Virus genome (UHGV): UHGV-0092096 | Source: a virus | Length of the DNA stretch: 58,999 bases | Direction: 5' to 3' (one strand) | Shown: in pieces, positions 54,289 through 58,999 of the stretch | Layout: every line of letters begins with the position of its first letter | Position numbering within the stretch: position 1 is the stretch's first letter | Notes under the pieces: model-generated | Database searches by the model: none | The model's input: only the letters and a program-made list of their open reading frames with translations | Told to the model about the DNA's origin: nothing | Program-made: the position numbers and the translations under genes

Positions 54289-54690
54289 TTTTTCTTCTCC
54301 TTTTCATAAAAACGTTGGTTTTTCCAAAAGGATGTGCTATTATAATTTAGTAAGCATCCTTTTAGATTGGTTGTTTTAAGAGTTGTTCGCTTTGGTAGGT
54401 TAGCAACTCTTATTTTTTTGTCAGAAATAGCAGAGCCTAACTCAATAGACTCTGCTACGTTTAATTCGTAACCAGCCGCATCACTGGTCGGTATTCCGTT
54501 TTTCGTATCCAGCACCATCACTGGAGTATATGAGAGAAATAAAAAAGCCTGAGTACGCTGAAAGCAAAGACAGTATTTTTTACTATCCTTGTTCTCAGTA
54601 TACTCAGGCTGACGATTCCTGACCCTTGTTGATCTGAATCCCATTCGTTCTTCACATATTTCTCGTCGCTGATATTATTATAACACAAAT
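54285..54690 (-). promoter_or_regulatory. Promoter-leader-terminator-uORF cassette copy 2 (upstream of antirepressor gene)
   Basis: TGTGTTATAAT (-10 at 54677-54682). ~134-nt leader. Hairpin AGCCTGAGTA(54546-55)/TACTCAGGCT(54601-10) plus U6. The uORF (track ORF 54285..54644, MGFRSTRVRNRQPEY...) crosses the hairpin and its TGA overlaps the antirepressor ATG. Confidence 0.55.
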
Positions 54691-54694
54691 GGAA

Positions 54695-55021
54695 TTAATA
54701 AACAATACGAGCAAGCAAAATATTTTCAATCAAATCAGTCAATGAAATAATTTCTCTCGCATGGTCTGAGATGAAATTGCAGAGTCGTTCCTCTGTTTCT
54801 ATAGGAAGAGAAATTCCGTAGGTCATGCAAACAGCGTGAGTCAGCTCATGGGAAAGAACGCGGTCAAACATGGTATCTGAGAGACAGTTAGACAGATAGA
54901 TTGTATTGGTCATTCTGTCAGTAACTCCTAGCGTGTAAACACCGTCTGACCGTCTCAGTAGCTCGCTGGATGGATTTTCATATTGTACATGCCATAATTC
55001 ATCATTGATATAGAAATTCAT
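54695..55021 (-). CDS. ImmA/IrrE-family metallopeptidase domain protein
   Basis: HEXXH motif (LSHELTHAV) in a ~108-aa protein, typical of the ImmA-like domain. Confidence 0.5.
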   Translation of the reverse strand: MNFYINDELWHVQYENPSSELLRRSDGVYTLGVTDRMTNTIYLSNCLSDTMFDRVLSHELTHAVCMTYGISLPIETEERLCNFISDHAREIISLTDLIENILLARIVY

Positions 55022-55065
55022 CGAATCACCTACTTAAAAAGGGAAGGCTTTCGCCCTCCCGTGAA

Positions 55066-55698
55066 TTACATCTTATTAATAAGAGTAGCAAGCTTTGACT
55101 TTGCAAGAGTCCTCTCTTCTGGTGACATGCCGGAAATCAGATCGCTTACATCTTTTCCGAGTTCTGTCATGTAGGACTCAAGCTCATGCATCTTTGTGTC
55201 CTTGTCCTTGTGTGTATCTCTTGCGTCTGTATAGCCACGGCGAGCCATATCATAGCGACTGGATGATTTAGGCTCTGTGTAATACATCCTTCCGTGCTTG
55301 TCTCTGTCCATGTCACGATCAGTGTCCCAGTCACGATACATCTCCGGAGTCATGTGAAAATAAGGTGGCTCATTGTATCCTCTTCTCATTCCGTGACCTT
55401 TCGGGGCAAATCTGCCGGACTTATAACGGTATTCGTCATAATATCTCCTGGCATCCTCTTCACCGTACTGGTCTTTGAACATTTTCAGAAGATACTTCTC
55501 TTCCTCTTTTTCATCTTCATCAGATTCTTCCATAGCTTTTGAGATTCTTGCATGGTATTCGGCATCGGCAAGGTCTTTAATCATATCGATGACCTGTCCC
55601 ATCTCACAAGTATTAACATTTTCAATACCGCTAGAAAGTTCAGAACAAGCGCACTCAGAAAGTTTTTCAATCAATTCATGTATATGTTTGATATGCAT
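55066..55698 (-). CDS. Hypothetical highly charged protein
   Basis: Acidic/basic repeats (DRDMDRDKH); no recognisable domain. Confidence 0.45.
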   Translation of the reverse strand: MHIKHIHELIEKLSECACSELSSGIENVNTCEMGQVIDMIKDLADAEYHARISKAMEESDEDEKEEEKYLLKMFKDQYGEEDARRYYDEYRYKSGRFAPKGHGMRRGYNEPPYFHMTPEMYRDWDTDRDMDRDKHGRMYYTEPKSSSRYDMARRGYTDARDTHKDKDTKMHELESYMTELGKDVSDLISGMSPEERTLAKSKLATLINKM

Positions 55699-55712
55699 AA
55701 TATTCTCACCTC

Positions 55713-56135
55713 CTAAGCTTCACGAGTAACAACAAGGTTTGCATTTGCCACGTTGATTGCCTGTGTACTTGTATTCTCAACAGCAATGTTTACACAGCAT
55801 TGAGCCGGCACGTCGATATAGATACCAGCAGATACATTATTGTACTGGTCAACTGCTGCCGGAGTACTAATCATCTGAGAAGAAAGAACAGGCTCTCCGC
55901 TGATTGCAATTGCCAGTGAAATCGCTCCGGCGGTACCTCCTGTTGGAACGCTCACGTTAGCTGAAAAGTCGACAAAATAGCGCGCTCTGCACTGGTTTGT
56001 GATTCCTCTCAGAGTCACGATTCCAGAACCCTCACGATGTTTGATGCAGTTATTTCCTTGAACTGCCGTGTTTGTAAAGATAACATTTCCGTTCGCTGCT
56101 ACTTCTTGAGCAGAAACATTTGTAAACTCAGCCAT
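55713..56135 (-). CDS. Hypothetical beta-rich protein (BclA-C-terminal/C1q-like?)
   Basis: NVIFTN...ARYFVDFSANV...GTAGAISLAIAISGEPV pattern. Weak resemblance only. Confidence 0.4.
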   Translation of the reverse strand: MAEFTNVSAQEVAANGNVIFTNTAVQGNNCIKHREGSGIVTLRGITNQCRARYFVDFSANVSVPTGGTAGAISLAIAISGEPVLSSQMISTPAAVDQYNNVSAGIYIDVPAQCCVNIAVENTSTQAINVANANLVVTREA

Positions 56136-56784
56136 TTTTTTCCCTCGCTTTCTTATTTCTTTTTGAAATCATTGTTGGCTTCGAAATTGCTTCTTGAAAG
56201 CTCCATCCAAGTTTGTGTATTCGATTGTGTACCCTTTTGTAATTCAGGTCCATTTTTTTGCAAAAATCCATTAAATCTAATTTTTCTCCATCAAAAATTA
56301 TTTCGTAACTCGATCTCCTGTTTTTTGCTTGTTCTCCAAGAGAAATCCATTCGCAATTTTCCGGACAGTAATTTTGGTTAACATCTTTTCTTTCTATGGT
56401 AGCAGAATCAAAATACCCGTTTTCTAATGACCATTTTTCAAAATTCAAAAAATTATGCCATTCATCGCAAAGCTTAATCCCACGGCCACCGTAGTGTTTG
56501 TAGGAAAGCGAGTTTTTATTATAACATCTGCTTTTTATGCCGCACCAAATAGAATATAACCTTCTGCTTCCTTCTCTAACGTAACTATTCCAAGCTTTTC
56601 TATGTTTTAAGCAACCACAGCTTTTAACGCCACCTGTTTTTAAATTACTTCCGGAAACAACAGTATAATTTCCACAATCGCATCTGCACTTCCACATTGC
56701 CTTTCCGCTTTTAGAGCTTTCCATTCTTTCGATAACAGTTAGCTTGTTAAATTTTTTACCTGAAATATCATCTATTTTACTCAT
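56128..56784 (-). CDS. Phage zinc-finger protein with the GRLTVIE...W-C-CDCGN...SCGC signature (often annotated HNH-like)
   Basis: KFNKLTVIERMESSKSGKAMWKCRCDCGNYTVVSGSNLKTGGVKSCGCL. Confidence 0.5.
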   Translation of the reverse strand: MSKIDDISGKKFNKLTVIERMESSKSGKAMWKCRCDCGNYTVVSGSNLKTGGVKSCGCLKHRKAWNSYVREGSRRLYSIWCGIKSRCYNKNSLSYKHYGGRGIKLCDEWHNFLNFEKWSLENGYFDSATIERKDVNQNYCPENCEWISLGEQAKNRRSSYEIIFDGEKLDLMDFCKKMDLNYKRVHNRIHKLGWSFQEAISKPTMISKRNKKAREKNG

Positions 56785-56932
56785 TTATAAAATCCTCCCA
56801 ACTTCCTTAATGGCTACTTTTATTCTATCATAAAATAATGAATATTTCAAAGTAAATCAAGGGACAAACCGTTTACAGTCTGCCCCTTGTATTCGTAATA
56901 CTGCTTATAGCAGACATAACATTTAAGTTAAG

Positions 56933-57157
56933 TTACTCATTCGTCTTGGAAAGAATATCCAAGATTTGATTTTGATTGGAAATTATCTTCTCGAGATACT
57001 CCCTGTCCTGTCTCTGCAAGGCTCTTAGCAAGTCATCATTAGACGTTTGCTTCTGATCTTTGTCGTATCCAATCATCTGCAAGATAACGGAAAAGACGTT
57101 CAACATATCAAGAAAAGAGTAGTTTCCGTTTTGATTGTTGGTCATTAACAACCACAT
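56933..57157 (-). CDS. Hypothetical small protein
   Basis: ORF in chain. Confidence 0.35.
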   Translation of the reverse strand: MWLLMTNNQNGNYSFLDMLNVFSVILQMIGYDKDQKQTSNDDLLRALQRQDREYLEKIISNQNQILDILSKTNE

Positions 57158-57924
57158 CCATTACCGCATCCGTAATACACATTCGGGTTAGGTACCTGAT
57201 ATGCCGGAATTGGTGCCGGGTTCACAGCATTGATAATCTGATTTGTCTGAGCTGTTATTGCAGTAGTCAGAAGAGCATTCTGTCTATCCTGTGAAGCTGC
57301 AAGTCTCAGATCGTTGTTCTCAGCCTGTAATGTAGCGATCTTATCCTGGCAGAGGTAATCAAGGATTGCTCTTGTTCCAGCGTTCTGACTCTCAATGATA
57401 TCACGAGTGTTCGTGTTCATTGTGTTCTGCAAAGCGCATGTGTCCTGTGCCATGTCAAATCTTACCTGAGAAATAGCTTCTCTGTTCTGGCAGCAACAAT
57501 CGGCAAGCTGTGCCTGTAATGCATTCTGTCCCTGCATCAGAGCAACATTTGTTGTGTTGAATCCCTGCTGTGTCTGGTATCCCAGATTGCAGATTGCGTT
57601 GTCAATTCCGTGGAATCCATTCATCAGAGCTGTGTTCTGAGCGTAAAAGCCATCACACAATCCATTGTTGATTCCGTCCAGTTTTCCAACAATGTTCTGA
57701 GTATCGAATCCCCTCTGAATGTCAGCCTGTGTAGCTACTGTTGCTGCATAACCGCCACCATTTCCGAATCCGTTACCAAATCCATTGTTTCCCCAGCCAA
57801 AAAGCAGTGCGAATACGACGATGATCCATAACCATCCCCCGTCTCCCCAACCAGCTCCATCAGCGTAACCGCCTGTTGCTGGCATGACTGGCATTGTAAA
57901 AGGTGTGTTAGTTGAGTTAAACAT
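57145..57924 (-). CDS. Membrane protein with Gly-rich (GNNGFGNGFGNGGG) and Q/N-rich regions; C-terminus YYGCGNGCGC
   Basis: One TM segment (WLWIIVVFALLFGW) followed by low-complexity regions. Confidence 0.45.
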   Translation of the reverse strand: MFNSTNTPFTMPVMPATGGYADGAGWGDGGWLWIIVVFALLFGWGNNGFGNGFGNGGGYAATVATQADIQRGFDTQNIVGKLDGINNGLCDGFYAQNTALMNGFHGIDNAICNLGYQTQQGFNTTNVALMQGQNALQAQLADCCCQNREAISQVRFDMAQDTCALQNTMNTNTRDIIESQNAGTRAILDYLCQDKIATLQAENNDLRLAASQDRQNALLTTAITAQTNQIINAVNPAPIPAYQVPNPNVYYGCGNGCGC

Positions 57925-57991
57925 ATTAGTTCCTCCTTAATTTTATTCATAAAGAGGTTTCTCGAGTTTCTGTGCACAAACCTCTAATATG

Positions 57992-58210
57992 CTATAATCC
58001 AAACTTACTTCTTATTTGATTCATAAGTTCATCAACATTTGTTCCTTGTTCTTTCCCAAGGTTCCTTGCCAACTGCTCTATTCCTTTCATGTCTCCTTTT
58101 TGAGCCATATCAAGAGCATTCTTGGCCATAGGGTTGTTCATTACTTGATTATTCCCCATCATCTGCTTTAAAAACTGCTGAGGATTTCCGAAAAGGTTAA
58201 TTGGGTTCAT
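57992..58210 (-). CDS. Hypothetical small protein
   Basis: ORF in chain. Confidence 0.4.
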   Translation of the reverse strand: MNPINLFGNPQQFLKQMMGNNQVMNNPMAKNALDMAQKGDMKGIEQLARNLGKEQGTNVDELMNQIRSKFGL

Positions 58211-58713
58211 TCTCCGTCACCATCCTTTTTAACTGTAGATCGTGTTTTCGGTTTGCTGTTGCTCATAGAGTTTTCCAGTTCATCAAGCTTCCGTCCAAGC
58301 TCGTCAAATCTCTTCATAAACGCTTCTGTCGCATCGTCAGATAGCCCTATTTTCATTTCTGATTGAGTAGACGGTAATTTGTCTGTCTGCTGATTTTGAA
58401 CAGGCTTAAAGACGATTGTCTGAATAGTTCCGTTGGCAGTCCATGACTTCAAATAGATTTCTGACAAATCATTTTTAGGAAACAGCGCATAAGGAGCGTT
58501 CATTGGAACGTCACTTGCCTGTATCGTCTCTTGACCATCAACAATGTGACCAATCAGTTGCGGTTGCTGAATCTGTTGAGGGACCTGTTGCATCTGATTG
58601 TAAACAGGTTGCTGTTGAGCTTGCATTTGTTGAACTGGTTGCTGATATGGATTTCCGTACCTCTGCTGATTCTGCTGCAAGTACGGATTTCCAAAATATG
58701 GATTCTCGTACAT
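58207..58713 (-). CDS. Q/N-rich (prion-like) N-terminal protein with globular C-terminal domain
   Basis: Start at MYENPYFGNPYLQQNQQRYGNPYQQPVQQMQAQQQ with RBS AGGAGG. Confidence 0.45.
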   Translation of the reverse strand: MYENPYFGNPYLQQNQQRYGNPYQQPVQQMQAQQQPVYNQMQQVPQQIQQPQLIGHIVDGQETIQASDVPMNAPYALFPKNDLSEIYLKSWTANGTIQTIVFKPVQNQQTDKLPSTQSEMKIGLSDDATEAFMKRFDELGRKLDELENSMSNSKPKTRSTVKKDGDGE

Positions 58714-58723
58714 GATAGACCTC

Positions 58724-58900
58724 CTATCTTTCACACACATCCTCAAGTATCTCTTCTCTTGAAGCGAACGGTTTATCAGTGTAGAATCTTCTGTCAATCA
58801 CATCTTCTACAACATGAACAACCGTTGACTGATATTCAAGTGGGATGCCATTGAGACGATCATCACTGAATATCTGAACAAGTATCGCATCTGAAAACAT
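58724..58900 (-). CDS. Hypothetical small protein (~58 aa)
   Basis: Strong RBS AAGGAGGCGG then ATG. Encodes MFSDAILVQIFSDDRLNGIPLEYQ.... Confidence 0.3.
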   Translation of the reverse strand: MFSDAILVQIFSDDRLNGIPLEYQSTVVHVVEDVIDRRFYTDKPFASREEILEDVCER

Positions 58901-58999
58901 TTGACCGCCTCCTTATGGTTAAATTTTCGCATAAAAAAAGACGGTTAAACCGCCATCGAACATTATTTGTTCAGTAATCAAACCGTAAATCAACCGCAA

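Larger units (their letters stand above)
29..58999. mobile_element. Temperate siphovirus-like prophage/phage genome; probably continues beyond the right edge of the window
   Basis: Contiguous phage modules: serine integrase, Cro/CI switch, replication and recombination genes, lysis, tail, head, terminase, tRNAs. Nearly every gene is on the minus strand. Confidence 0.7.

Noticed and set aside
46770-54690. The two homologous ~150-bp leader copies as direct-repeat att sites bracketing an inserted 7.8-kb element
   Set aside because: Copies are only ~65% identical with compensatory stem changes, each has its own promoter and terminator, and no integrase lies between them. They are paralogous regulatory cassettes, not recombination products.
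1-58999. Genome-wide stop-codon recoding (TGA as sense) suggested by the TGA inside the methyltransferase
   Set aside because: All other long ORFs (up to 1353 aa) are uninterrupted under the standard code. The single TGA is better explained by a point mutation or sequencing error.
1-58999. Diversity-generating retroelement or retron near tail fibre or ncRNA regions
   Set aside because: No reverse-transcriptase-like ORF (no YxDD-containing RT domain) anywhere in the window.

Overview
The window is a low-GC (Firmicutes/Clostridia-like) temperate siphovirus-type phage genome, most likely a prophage whose left end lies near bp 30-75. Almost all genes are on the minus strand, so transcription runs right-to-left. 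From the left: a large serine recombinase with an att-like inverted repeat just 3' of it. Then an early region (YopX, many small or zinc-ribbon ORFs, an HNH endonuclease, a C5-cytosine methyltransferase interrupted by an in-frame TGA). Then a replication/recombination module (G39P-like helicase loader, DnaD-like replisome organizer, SSB, RusA-like resolvase, a RecT-like annealing protein, YqaJ-like exonuclease), an antirepressor, and a Cro/CI-type switch with TTGAACT/AGTTCAA operators (~15.9-16.7 kb). Next come a GH25 endolysin (18-19 kb) and the tail-to-head morphogenesis block read in reverse (19-40.4 kb: SGNH-esterase tail fibre, tail-tip protein, tape measure with a lytic transglycosylase domain, major tail, major capsid, scaffold, portal, large terminase). 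An RNA island follows (41.4-42.8 kb: tRNA-Gln, tRNA-Arg, one aberrant tRNA-like gene, and about 1 kb of structured non-coding sequence). Beyond it lie a moron region, a terS-like gene, and a mixed-strand accessory region (46.7-59 kb). That region holds an XRE-controlled plus-strand cassette encoding a soluble FtsK/SpoIIIE-type ATPase, an RHH protein next to a ~12-copy CTATATAT iteron array, two more antirepressor-type proteins, an ImmA-like peptidase and low-complexity proteins. The most unusual feature is a thrice-repeated cassette: an extended -10 promoter (TGTGTTATAAT), a 90-135 nt leader, an intrinsic terminator, and a uORF whose ATG sits in a conserved GAATG leader motif and that is translated through the terminator hairpin, ending on or fused in frame with the start codon of the downstream late/accessory gene. 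The copies sit upstream of the terS-like gene, an antirepressor gene, and a small zinc-ribbon gene that precedes the portal gene. Coordinates derived by hand may be off by 1-2 nt.
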